Below, one piece after another: positions 11,248 through 24,261 of a stretch of 64,000 nucleotides of DNA. The position numbers and the translations under genes were made by a program. The stretch lies in NCBI GenBank assembly GCA_965235115.1, contig OZ249436.1, positions 46,812,001 through 46,876,000 of the forward strand. Reading direction: 5' to 3'. Each line of letters begins with the position of its first letter. Position 1 is the first letter of the stretch. The DNA comes from Laetmonice hystrix. Lineage: Eukaryota. Below the pieces are notes generated by a model. The model made no database searches, had not been told where the DNA came from, and saw only the letters and a program-made list of their open reading frames with translations.

Positions 11248-14200
11248 TGATTTTTATTTTTTTTGAATATTTTCTACTTAGTTCTTAATTACTGTGGTCA
11301 TGAATTTACAGAAACACTCTACAAAATATGTGTGTGAACAGATGTGTGGGAATTTTATGACAAGGGTATTGCCTAAAAATCCCACCTATGTCAACCCTTT
11401 TTTTTGGTATTCATTTTTATATTTTTTATTTGGAAGAAATTTTTGTGTACACAGGTGTCTAAGTGGTCTGTCGGTACCCTATGCTCAGTTCTGGTCAAAA
11501 TGTATCTGCTCCCTCATTTTTTGGAGAATCTTCTCCAGATTTGGCATATACCTTCCCCACAGTCTTTCTCTTGTAACCCTATGCTCATTATTGGTATGAT
11601 TGACTTGCTTTCATGCTATACAGAACCTTTCTAGATACATCCATAGAGGAACGGGATACCTGATTGCCTGCAATCTGCATGTCTAGTTTCTATCTCTAAC
11701 CATAACCCGGGCGCCAAATTTCGTGGGAATTTTACCACGGGGTAATGATCCTGAGAGATACATACCAATTACAGCGATGTGTTTTACTGGCACATCTTGC
11801 TACAGTAATGAAAGTAATGACTTACGCTCGGGAACCGGGGATTACCCAAAGTGGCTGTTCATTAGTATTTTAAAATCTACCTCGGAAGGAATTCCTACCC
11901 TGGACAGCCCCAGTAAGTCATTGTCGCTGGAATGTAGTCACCGGTATTCACCGTGCCTGTTCGCGAATCAATACTTTTACTGTAAGAACATACCTCCATA
12001 CAAGGCCTGTGAATGAATACTTTATGACGTTTACCGTGACCTAGTTTCAGCGACACAATAAAAACTGTTGTTAACCCGCTACATATATCTGAATTAAGAC
12101 CCATCATGTTTTGGTATATAATCAGTATGTCTAACAGTTTGCGTACATCTGTGGCACATATTGCATATGGCGTATCACTTCATCATCATCAGAAAAATAC
12201 AAAATAAAAAGGACTTGTTCATCGTAGGCAACAGTTGGAAAGCTTGAATTTTACAACCAAATTACAAACTTCAAAGTTGACAAGATAAAGAGACACATGA
12301 ATTAAATCCCTCAATCAATGGAAAAAAACTCGTGTCTCAATCGTGGCTCTGATGTTTCTGAATAATGTTGGCGTATGTATCTTTTGTTTGGCCATGTCCA
12401 TCGATATGAGAGCAACGTTATCTCAACTTGGCAATGTAAACAAAGCAAGTATATTCAACTATACTTGCTAGTCCTGTGAACATTCACACTTACGGACCGA
12501 CCTAGCCCCGGTTTCAGAAAGGCTTGAAGCCGCAAGCTTGACGCTAAGCAAGGCTACGATGGCCCACAAGGACACACACAATTTAACTTTCTAAATTGAT
12601 TTTTATGGATATTTTCACGGTAGTGGAAATATCACCGCGGTGAAAATATTCCCACCACGGTTAAATGATTACCAGTGTGGAAATGTCGGTGAAAATCAAT
12701 CTAGGAAGTACAAATAAAACACTAGAGGACTATGTCCCTATGGGTCACCGGGGCCTGCCTGTATACAAGAGACGGAAGGCGTTGTATACAACTCGGTACT
12801 ATCCAAGAGACCACACTGGGGTCTTGGCCTGGTGTCAGAGGCCGCTAACAATCACAGCCTGTTACTAATGCTATAGTCTTCGCAGGCTCGTCGGAAGTTT
12901 AGAAAGTTGCAATGGAAGGTGGGGTGGGGGTTGGGTGTGGGATAGGGGTTGGGTGTGGGGTGAAAGGGTACCAGTTAATATTGGAGGGGGGGGGGGGAGA
13001 AGCATGGTACCCTGACAACCCCAACCCCCCTGATACCCATGCTTCTGTTGTGAAATTATAGGCCCAGCGTGTGCCATGGCTTCATGCGTGTCATCTGAAC
13101 TTGGCCAACGAGTATAACGTTTCTGATAGCACGATTCTCTACCGTGAAGTCCTCGGTCTAGCATGTATCATGGCTCTAAGTGTGCCACCAAACTTGGCCG
13201 ACGACCGCCTCTCCCCATGGCCATGGGTCCGTGACGGACACTGGCTTTACACGGCACCTGAGGTCAAGGTCAAGAGAAAACTGGAGGCAACTGAAAACAA
13301 CGCTTCAAGGGCACGCTGTCGTGTCTTCCAGAGTACAAGCTATTAAACATATAACTATATGTAAGCTATGAGCTATATTTTAATATCAATTTTAATGGTT
13401 TAATCGTATAGGAATTTGTTTACTACTGAAGGCTCTAAGTACTTTGATATGTCGATGAGTTGTAAGGTTAGTCAACTGCTGGGGGGTGCCTCAACACCAT
13501 CCATTGCACGGACAATCCCTCTCTCTAATACAGCTGTACGATTTGCTGCAGCAAGATATTGTGGAGCAGAGGATCACATAAATTTATTTTATCATCCTGA
13601 CAGAAGTTCTTGTCTTAATGACTCACAAAAACAGCCAATCACAAAATATAACCTGTGGCTTGTAAAATGTAGCCATGCAATCTTGAATGTCGAGAGCACC
13701 AATTTATTTTTATCGGGCCCCTTCTACAAATGATAAGAAAGAAGATTAATGCAGCACAAGTATTGCAGCTGTAGAATATCCGTTGACCATGTTCAGTCTA
13801 TAATGTTCTTCTTTCAACAATAGAAACGGATGGTTCTGCATCTCACGTTTCTAAGATCACAGTGCTATAATCAATCTGTTAACCTCTGAAAGCTGGGACG
13901 CTGAAGGCTGTCCCACCCATCGATTCAAGGCGTTGATCTAGAGACCATACCACCTTGCCGTCCCTGTCAGTATCCGACTGTACAGCCTGGTATTGGCGGG
14001 GTGCGGGATCCGGCAACCAGAGAGTAAGGTTATAATGAGGACTGAGTCTACGCCACTGTAGCTCTAATCCCGCTGTGGATGAATGCTGGAGGGAGGGAGG
14101 GGGGCACTCACCAGGCTCAATCAGAACATAAATGTTACATTACCACCCAATGGATTATTGATACTGGAAGGGAGCTATTAGATATGGACATTCCCAAGAA

Positions 14201-14784
14201 GGTTCAATGAAAAGCAAGTACGCATGAATGACAATGAAATGTTTAGTCTGGTGGAGAAGGTAACTACGACCATACAAACCTGAGTACACCGAGTTACAAT
14301 TTCTTTCATGCAGTGAAGCGTTCTTCCATTAGGAGCAATCTCAGGCAATTGGTTCCCAACATAATTACGATGTGCCATTAAGGGGAATCTGGCACACGCC
14401 CACGAATATCAGCACACACCCACAGGGAGAATTACTGGTGCTAGGATTCTGAGTGAGGCTACAAAACAGCTTAAAACTCACACTTAAAATAATATGATTT
14501 ATTGACCAATATCTACTAAAAAGGGTTTCAATTTGACCCCAGCGTAAGCAATGTGGATCTACTTTTAAAACATATGATGCAGTGTTAAATGAAGGACTAC
14601 AATTTTGAAAAATCATGGGCATCCTTAGGGTAATATCTCTTGGTTATAATTCTGAGTATTTCTGTTCCTAGTGAAGAATTTCACATGAACTTGGCGGACT
14701 TTAACCTCCCATTCTTTAATTTGACCGTTTTGCCTCCAGTGGACCAGAGCTGATTATATCTGTACACAGTATATGATCCGTGTC

Positions 14785-14969
14785 TGACGTCATGCCTACA
14801 GACGAGTCTGACCGGCATCTCCACCATACCAAGTCAACCCTCCCGCTCTCAGGTCACGTGGAACCATCTCTATGGAAACATGTCGGGCGGCAATACCGTT
14901 ATGACGTCATCTCGCATTCCTTTCCACGCCATCTATTCTACCGGCACCTCACACACGGCTGTGACGTCA
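14785..14969. promoter_or_regulatory. Cluster of three full palindromic CRE sites
   Basis: TGACGTCA at 14785, 14902 and 14962 plus CACGTG near 14855; function inferred only. Confidence 0.45.
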
Positions 14970-15239
14970 CGACCCGTCTCGATATGTGTAAATGTCATTA
15001 GTCGTTCGGTCACCCACTCAAAGGCAGGAAACTCATTTGGCGCGACCCAAACACAGTTCCAGTAAATTTGCCGCCTTGATTATGGAATCAATAGACTGGT
15101 TGATATTCGTATGGCATGACGTGTGACTGATTGGGGCCTCAGCCCACAGCAGCGGTGACCTTGGGGCAGACGGTTTGTAAAGAATTTGGAGGTGTATGGA
15201 GATTGTGTTCCTCACCATTGTACGTTCACAAACTATAAG

Positions 15240-15410
15240 CTGTCCCATATTCACGGGTAGAGTATACGCCATTCGGCCTAAATGTCCCATATTCACGGGT
15301 ATAGTATACGCCATTCGGCCTAAATGTCCCATATTCACGGGTATAGTATACGCCATTCGGCCTATATGTCCCATATTCACAGGTATAGTATACGCTATTC
15401 GGCCTATATG
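15240..15410. repeat. 42-bp tandem repeat (4 copies)
   Basis: Unit tgtcccatattcacgggtatagtatacgccattcggcctaaa. Confidence 0.93.
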
Positions 15411-16003
15411 TAACGGCATATCATAACTGTTCAGGCCATAGAATCAAAGAGTCTTTCACAATCATGCTCAACCCTCTATAGCCCTCGATTATGGGCCTCA
15501 GATCAGATCGGGGGGGGGGGGGGGGGCCTCCCGCTTGACTAACCATAGTATGTTTCTCTGACCCGACAGCTATTTCTCCCTTTTCCAGGTGGATCTACAG
15601 TACCTGAAAAAGTGACCTTTATTTGGCATTACAAAGATCTCCCAAGGTTCCTACACAAAACAGGGAAACCGAAGAGTTTCTTTAATTTGCTGAACTCGCC
15701 TGCAGAACATTCTCTGGTCTCTGGTCTCTTTGACACTGAAACGGTCGAGAAAAAATCGTGAATAATCGAGGCGTCGGCACAAGTCAGCAAATGTCTGTGC
15801 AAGGTTATTTCCTAATCTCTAATCTCCCCATGACTGATTGGATATTCTTAACGTGCGAGCGATAATATGTGTAATGACTTGGGCCGAGGTGTCCCGCTCT
15901 GACAGGCCACCAGAGGACAACACCGTAACAACCAGGGAAACCATTCTAAGACAGCCATAACGGCAGCGCCAACATTACCGTAGCTTCCAGGATTTCAGCA
16001 CTG

Positions 16004-16294
16004 TAAAGCTGTGAACACATGTAGCGTTTATACGGCAAAGATAATGCGGCAATGCGGCAGCGGCCAAAAAAATCGCCAAAATGAAATCCAGTGAATGTGT
16101 ACACATGCGTACTGTAACGGCAATACGACTATCCGACTATTTGCCTGGTAGATAGTCGGATAGTCGTATTGCCGTTACCGTACGCATGTGTACACCTTCA
16201 CTAGATTTCATTTTGGCGATTTTTTTGGCCGCTGCCGCATTGCCGCATTATCGTTGCCGTTGCCGCAAAAACGCTACATGTGTTCACAGCTTTA
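16004..16294. mobile_element. ~290-bp foldback/palindromic MITE (Tourist/PIF-like)
   Basis: taaagctgtgaacacatgtagcg...cgctacatgtgttcacagcttta; arms pair over ~135 bp around loop ttgcctggtag; TAA/TTA ends. Confidence 0.88.
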
Positions 16295-18238
16295 GACCAC
16301 CATGGAGAATGTCTGATCGGCGCCAGACTTGGACGTCATAGAAACGTCAATGATGGTTCAGTGGTTATGGCAGGCGACCAGACTACTGGATGGCTGGAGC
16401 GGATTCCAATGTCTGCTTCACAAGAAAGTGTCTTTACATTTCTACTACTTGGACAGCGGTTTAAATAGAACCAGAAGTTATTGTTAAATTTTCCGTCTTT
16501 CTTGCTAACGTCTACAGCAGTTAGAGCCAACCCTACTGATCAGCGCCATCCTTGCACAACTGAACTGGAAACCATTGGCAATAGGCGCACATTTGTAACA
16601 TTTAATCCTGCTCCGTCACCATGGCAGATCTACCACTTTGCCGCCGATTTTAAAACTCTACGAACATCAAAGGGAGTGTTAGTAATTACTTTTCTGTTTG
16701 ATGTACAATTGTCATTGAACTGCAGGTTCTGCGTAAGTAGAGCATGTCTCTTTACTGAAATGAGCTAACACCAAAGTTATCAACACTTCATTCTTCGGAC
16801 ATAAGCACTGCATAGTCGCAAATTACCTCCACCAAATCAAAGACTCAGTCTGAAAACCCACCTCGTTCACTTTCAAGCAATGGTTATGTAATTAAATTAA
16901 TGATACCACCTCTCACGGTAACTCCAAATGTCTTTCTAGAAGTGTTTCTCAATTTTCCCCTGTTCTCACTGTCCTGGTAACGGCAGACTTGAAGAGCGAC
17001 ATTTTTCTCCGATACTGCACCAGCCGACAAAGGGAGTCGATCATAATTAATCACAATAACTAGTTCCAGTCAACTTCTCCCATAGAATGATCTAATTTCA
17101 ATCTTTGAATTCCTTATTTCTTTAGGTAATCTTGTCTAGTTTCTAGTTGTCAAGTCGCTAAATCAAATTGAGTGTTTTGTTTGTTTGCACAAGAAACAGG
17201 GCCATGTTGATCTGGAGAACGTAACTTCCTGTTATCGTTGAATATATATGCCGAAAACGGCAGGCAAACAATTTATGTTCTAGAAGTTGACAACTTGAAA
17301 TATGACATTTTAGTGACGCCTGTAGCTCTATGAAGAAATGCGCGTTTCTTCTTAACCATAACTCAGATTACTATAACTTTCCTTTTCATCTTATTCTAAT
17401 TCTAAATTTGTTCATGCCTGGGAGGCTTGCACTGATGTGAAATACCTACGCCCTAATTATCCCTGTAAGTTTTGTTCAAAGAGAGCATGTGAAAACAAGT
17501 CATGCAACGCGAAGGTCATAAGTACATTTCGCCAAAAGCTGCATCTTGATCACTAGCAAGGTCACCCGGGTCCAAGGCAAGGCTGCCGACATATTGGGCA
17601 AAGGGAGACATTCAGTCCCACACTTTTTGATTATTTCCTATTTCTATATACCCGGGGAAAGTGTACCCTAGACTATTCAGAAAAAAACGAACACGTCGCT
17701 GTCAATAAAACCACAGCAAATTTATAGAAAATAGAATGTTTTATCAATGGGGTCTACTACCCACACGTATTGTGCATAATGCTTAATGCCCCTTTTCCCC
17801 TATACTGACCCCTCCCTACACTTCTGAAATCTTCAGCCTTGAGGTAGATTAGGCCTATGGTTAAGCGCTGGAATGTCTGCCCAATCACAACTACAAGCTC
17901 TAAGCAGAACAGCCAATCAGAAGCGTTAAGCTAAAGCAAGATCTTAAGTTTTTACTTGGTGCTGATCTGACCTGAATACCAACCGGTGCAAACCGACGAC
18001 TTTCTTTAGAATTTGTTTCCTGACAGTCAGTGACACATTGAGACACTCTTTCATAAAGAATATTTATGTGTATCCCTGGCGGCCAGGTTCTATCAACTAG
18101 ATCATCACCGGACTGTATCCCTCCAGGCCGCTCATGGTTCCTGTCCTTGGGATAGCTTGCCTCATCCATTGGAGCGATTTGCCTAGCCGATGTTGGCCTC
18201 ATTGCTTAATTCTATTCCGATTTTGAATTTTTTTTTAA

Positions 18239-18766
18239 AGGGGCATGCTATGAAACACGTTTTTGAGGATTTCCGGCAATTATCCAACATGACCGTGTAC
18301 TAGGGATCCAAGTAAATAATCCTACCACAGCATTTTGTCCTCCGACATGTTTTCGCTGCGTATGCAGCACAAGTAGGTTCTATACGACCAAACCTATAGA
18401 TTTCTCCCGATAGCACATCTCCGGCCATAATTTGGCGGACAACCACCCATCAACCCGTGTAATTGCATACTGTGTCACATCCTGTGTGTGCACTCGCTGC
18501 ATGTGCTTAGTCACGTGCTTTGCTTAGTTGTAAACAATTCAGCAGTGGCACTCGATCGCCCGGCATCAGAATCCCACCCAAAAAATATTTTACGAAATCG
18601 GCAGAGAAGCGGGCAAGGGAGCTTAATAAACTTCGATTTCTCACGCAAAATAAAACTTATAAGTCTGTCTTTGTTTACCAAGCAATTTTAATGAAGGATC
18701 TCTTTATGAAAACAGCAAAAGTTCTATGAAATACCGATTTTTAACGTTTCCTCATAATATGCCCCT
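18239..18766. mobile_element. Non-autonomous Kolobok-like element
   Basis: TTAA on both sides; imperfect TIR aggggcatgctatga / tcataatatgcccct. Confidence 0.75.
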
Positions 18767-19477
18767 TTAAATTTCGTTTATTTACTCTGGAGAAGTTTTC
18801 GGTACAGAATGATCAAGTACCGGTTTTCAAAAACGTCCAGCTCAAAACTTTGGAATTACTACAGGTTATAGTAAATTGAAAAAAAGAAATCCATTTTCAG
18901 AATAACTTAAGGTGTGAATACTAAGCAAATAAAATACAGTGTGGCTCCCGGCCTTTAAAACAGATATCGTACAGATATCGCACCACTGGATGAAGGCCAT
19001 TACATGAAAGACGATCATTACATCAGAACCGTGCGACTGACATGTTCAAAACAATATCAGGCACATTCCGCGCCATTCTGTGCCCTAAACACTTCACCAT
19101 TACCCCGGCGTTTAGAACAACCAATATCCCGGTATGTTCATGGGCCCTCGCTGTATACCTGACCGAACAACAATGGGCTTACCCACACCATGTGACCCTT
19201 CAACATGGAACACCACTTTCCTGACAACTCGACTGTGTCGGCTGGCAAATACTGTAACCACTAATTTAGACCAAAGACTAGAAATTACACTGGGTGCTTT
19301 TACGTGTCAGTTTTCTGATTTAAAAGAAGAAGACAAAGAAGACCACCTAAATATAATCTAAGTAACCTTTCCTCATGTTGTCATCTTCAAAAACGACCTT
19401 CAACATCTGACCCAGAAATTCTGTGACGTATGCCGGACGTTTCGACTCTCTGACTGCCTTCCTGGATACAGGACACA

Positions 19478-20063
19478 ACTACAGTAACCACCTATGCTGA
19501 TATTAGACTGTGGTTTACACAATTACAGTAACCACCTCTGCTGATATTAGACTGCGGTTTACACAATTACAGTAACCACCGCACCCTGATATTAGACTGC
19601 GGTTTACACAATTACAGTAACCACTGCTGATATTAGACTGCGGTTTACACAATTACAGTAACCACTGCTGATATTAGATTGTGGTTTACACAATTACAGT
19701 AACCACTGCTGATATTAGACTGCGGTTTACACAATTACAGTAACCACTGCTGATATTAGACTGCGGTTTACACAATTACAGTAACCACTGCTGATATTAG
19801 ACTGCGGTTTACACAATTACAGTAACCACTGCTGATATTAGACTGCGGTTTACACAATTACAGTAACCACTGCTGATATTAGATTGTGGTTTACACAATT
19901 ACAGTAACCACCACTGCTGATATTAGACTGCGGTTTACACAATTACAGTAACCACCACTGCTGATATTAGACTGCGGTTTACACAATTACAGTAACCACT
20001 GCTGACATTAGACTGCGGTTTACACAATTACAGTAACCACTGCTGATATTAGACTGTGGTTTA
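19478..20063. repeat. 41-bp minisatellite (~14 copies)
   Basis: Unit cagtaaccactgctgatattagactgcggtttacacaatta. Confidence 0.96.
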
Positions 20064-20793
20064 CTGGCCTGTAAGGGTAATGGGGGTCATTATCTATGAT
20101 CCGGACGGTTACGGATTCGGGATCCGATTTTGGAGGCAGAGTGAGTGCTTGTACCTGTCCTGATCCGGCAGACTGCCGGCTGGACTCGTCAATGTCAAAC
20201 TGATACCGCGTCTCGTTCAAATACGTGAACCATGTGGCATACGATATAAATGATCCCTTCAGATTATATTATCGACATTTTACAATGTGGGTGACGTCAA
20301 GAGGGTGCATACCATACGCACCCCGCTCTGTAAATGATGACAGTAAAGGGGTCAGTAGGTTAGGGTGCCTGGGGTGTACCCCTGTCACGACGTAAGATCA
20401 AATCCTTAGATCTTCTCCCTGACATAACCCTCCCCCCGTCTCCCTGACAACACAGATCATCGTCCGTCCGCCGGGCCCTGGCTGCAGAAAATGATGCCAC
20501 ATTGTGGGGGTGCGAAACTGGGTCAGGCCAGTCATGATAAAACGCTCAGGGTTTAGTATTGATTGTGTGCTAGCTGTTATTGACTGTTAGCCTATCGTAC
20601 ACAGGACGACGGCTAGGATATCACTCACCAGAACCAGCCACTGGCTCGGTAATTTAGGATGCTGGCGCTATACATATAACTGTTACAGTACTGACAAATC
20701 TATAGGTAGTCCAATACTAGAACATGCTACTGATATAGATATGACATTATGGGTGCAGGACGAAGTCTGTACCTAGGTCTATACACTACTTAC

Positions 20794-20928
20794 CTGTGAC
20801 GAGTTTCCCACGGCCTGCTGGTACTGTTGGCTATCTTCATTTTCCTTATTTTCCTCACTATTTTTCAGTTCATTTTTTGAAGACGAGCCGGACCCCGGCC
20901 GCCTAATCTTAGGTAGCTTGTTTCCCAT
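20794..20928 (-). CDS. Candidate alternative first coding exon of PKA-RI (MGNKLPKIRRPGSGSSSKNELKNSEENKENEDSQQYQQAVGNSSQ)
   Basis: aggATGG start context, 45 open codons with protein-like composition, consensus donor CAG|gtaagt in phase 0; same strand and phase as the D/D exon; absent from the ORF track. Confidence 0.6.
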
Positions 20929-23392
20929 CCTAAGTGTAAAACCTAACTGTAAGGACCTAAGTGCAAGGACCTAACTGTTCACACAACCGTTTAATCCTCC
21001 ACGTGAGAAGATCCCTATTCCTGTTGACACGAAGGTGTATATATTCCGATCGTACTTAAAGCCCAGTTGACCACCATTAGCTGGTACGTGGTTCAATCTC
21101 TAATATAGCTTGGCAACTGATGCTAGACCTTCTTAAAAACCAGCTTCAACTGCCATCCGCGTGCCGTCGAGATGTGCTTGATTTCTGCTATGTACATGGT
21201 ACGGGATTGCCTGTCGTTCTGGCTGCTGGTTCTGTGGCCACTAAACGCCCCAGTTGGCAACTCGTCCTCCCGAGGTGACCCACGTCAGGGCCGAGTGCAG
21301 GAGGCTGGTAGCCATGCTGGCCTCTACAAGTACACTCTGGTGCTCAGGTTGTGACTGTAACTTTCCTGTGGTGTGACACTGGCAGTCAGTGTGGGATCCT
21401 GGAGTTGACGATGAAGGTCATTCAGTCACGAGGTCTTCCCGCGCCGACTGTTGACGGCCGATTTATTGGGGGGTCGTACGCGTAACCCAGGCGGGACACC
21501 AGACTGGGTCACTTGGCCCAAACAGCACACTGGAGCCACGGCTGTACTGCACCTGGAGACGGTCCTCCTCCTACTCCTCCTCCTGCTCCACGGTAGGTTC
21601 AGCCTGGAGGAATGCCAGGCAGCTGACAGCGTCCCTCGGCCTCCGTCACCTTCAGGTGCCCCTGGAGCTCGCACCAATCCTGTCCGATTGTCCTGACATC
21701 AGTTTTCAATACCGTCTGCCCTGTCTTCTCCCTGTGTATGATCTACACCAGCCGGCGATGTGTCTGCCAGTCCACAACTGACCCCGCCCGCTCGCCGCCT
21801 CCCGATGCCAGCAGCAGTAGAGGCCGTGTATTATTCATGTCGCTCCGTCCAGTACCAGTCATCCCAGGCAAGCAATCATTCCTGCTTGCCACACCTACAC
21901 CACAGCGACATCTACCGTCACAGACTCGAACTACTCTGCCGGGTTCCACCCTTGTCTTTTAATAAAGTCGGAAAAAACCAATGAGCTTGAACATGCTACC
22001 GGATGTAAACAACTCGAGCTGTAATTGAATTATTTAAAATCACAAGGAAAGGGGTAAGATACGAAAACATTGTTTGTGTTGAAACCAGCATATTCGGGGG
22101 GGGGGGGCACACATATCATTTTCAACTTCCCTGCTCCCTGTGATCCGATATAGCTGCTAATCTGTGTTTTCATAAAATATGGCAGCCAGGTTTTCGTCTT
22201 GAAATAGATCACCATCACTTGATTCAACAACGAGATGTCTTAAAGCATTTGCCAAAATGTTTATTTAGCTGACAATTTTTCCCCTGATTTCGAGATTTTT
22301 ACACATTCACTGTGTTTTCCCTGCAGGGATTTTTTTTTTTTTGGGGGGGGGGGGCATTCCCCCTGTTTTCGTTACATTGTTCAGTGCAATGATCCGAGAA
22401 AATCTACCGGTAATACCGACTACTGACCAACGATAACGGATTGCCTGATTCTCCGCAGAACACTCTCAGGTTGGAAATCCCGCCTAAATATAGGTTCGGC
22501 CTGGGAACAATTCAGAACTGTTCAAATATTATGTAGGGCAACCTTTTTGATTAGGGAATAATTTACTACACGTAATTTGCACACCGCGGTTCAGTACACA
22601 TGTATATATATACCCTAGCTTTACCGTTCAAAGCCAGAATTATTTACAAAAGAAACGTTATGTCTTCATTCCTATATATATATGTCACATCTCTGCATTT
22701 ACTGAGTTAGAGGGTCCTAACAACATAATTTATAGATCTGCCATAAATGAAGGCCTACATTTGCCTCGACAATGAATTGTGGAAGCGTTGTTCATAAAGG
22801 ACTCGCCCGCATTAGAACTATTTCCGTCGCGTAAATGGAAAAGCCTTATTGAACAAAGTACGTGGTACATGAAGCGAAACACGTGTGGCATTTTTTCATC
22901 ACTAACGTCAGAAAGGTGACGTCACGCATAAGAAAAAATATGTATATTATCACTTGAATGTGTTCAGGTCCAGTCCATAGTGTTATGAAAGGGAAGTATC
23001 TACGCCCGGACTATTCAGCCACAGCCTGACTTGTGCTGACCCAGGCCAGATGGTGCTATTAACTTTTTTAAGCATTTTCTTAAAATTCATGCTGGCAAGT
23101 TCTACAACCATAAATGATACCAGGAGAACGGGGCTCAAAGCACAAGTAGGTCAACCAGCAGCAGGTTCAGCACTGTGTTCACAATAACGTCCCAAAGTCA
23201 TTACTGAACAAAAACAATATATCTATGAAATTGTAACATTTTGTTGGCAGGGCATATTGTTACTGTACTGTCTGTGACAAGCCATGATGCGTAGTCTGTT
23301 AGCCTATCGTACACAGGGACCAGCCACTGGCTGCATATGGCTTTAATTTAGGATGCTGGTGCTGCATATAACTGTTACAGTACTGACAAATA

Positions 23393-24261
23393 TCGGGTGG
23401 ATAAAAAAAAACGCCCCGAAATTTAAACTTTAATATTTCAAAAACTATGCATTATAATTCAATAAAATTTCTCTTGATATCACTTCATGATATTATCTCT
23501 GGTATGTTAAAGTTTCAGCTCAATAGCTTTGATATTAATCCCGTGGCGCTAAAAACAAAAATCAGTGTCTAAAAACGAAATGCCGGAATTAGGTCAAATA
23601 TCATGCAGCTGCCAGGTGTCCAATTTGACACCTGTTTGATGCACCGCATTGTACCTTGGGTAAAAAAATTCAATATTTAGTTTTTGCATGTTTTACAATA
23701 TGTATCATGTTGTGGACCACTAGATATAATAAAATATGTGCTATTCCTAGTACTTTTAGAGAAAAACAGATGTGTAATGTGCCAAACCCTACACAGAAAC
23801 TGCAACATTAGGACGATTATGACTGTAACGAGAAGTTCAAGGGAAATCGTATCATTATCACGTTTAGCAACACATTTAGAACGTTGCGTATTTCCCAGTG
23901 TTGGGAAGATATTTCCCTATCAGAGCTCAGAAAGTGCATTGGCTGATGGAAAAAGAGACTAAGAGCAGTATGAAGTGAAAACGGGGGACCGATTGACCAC
24001 CTACTCTAGTGTGAGGCCAGGGACTCTGGGTGCGACTACACGTCGCTTTAGCACGGCATTGCACTTTTGTACAATGATTTTTGTTTTTAGCCACACGGAA
24101 ATATTTTCCAAGCTATTGAGTTGTAACATTAACAACTAAGAGACAACATCATGAAGTGATTTAATTTACAATGAAGTGACGAAAAATTTAATTGAATTAC
24201 AATCATTACTTTTTGAAATATTGAAGTTTAAAGTTCGGGGCGTTTTTTTTTATCCACCCGA
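23393..24261. mobile_element. Non-autonomous Tc1/mariner-type element
   Basis: Long TIRs tcgggtggataaaaaaaaacgccccgaa... / ...ttcggggcgtttttttttatccacccga with TA on both sides; paralogous empty site near 20695. Confidence 0.9.

Larger units (their letters stand above)
10208..11688 (+). mobile_element. Non-autonomous Helentron-associated element (HINE/DINE-1-like)
   Basis: 5' subTIR ttatcccgttcctc followed by its inverted copy gaggaacgggat, then an (ATT)n microsatellite; 3' subTIR gaggaacgggata at 11646, hairpin gattgc-ct-gcaatc, end ctagtt; sits at a TT inside the 19-bp satellite, which resumes on the right (tctatctctaac). Confidence 0.8.
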
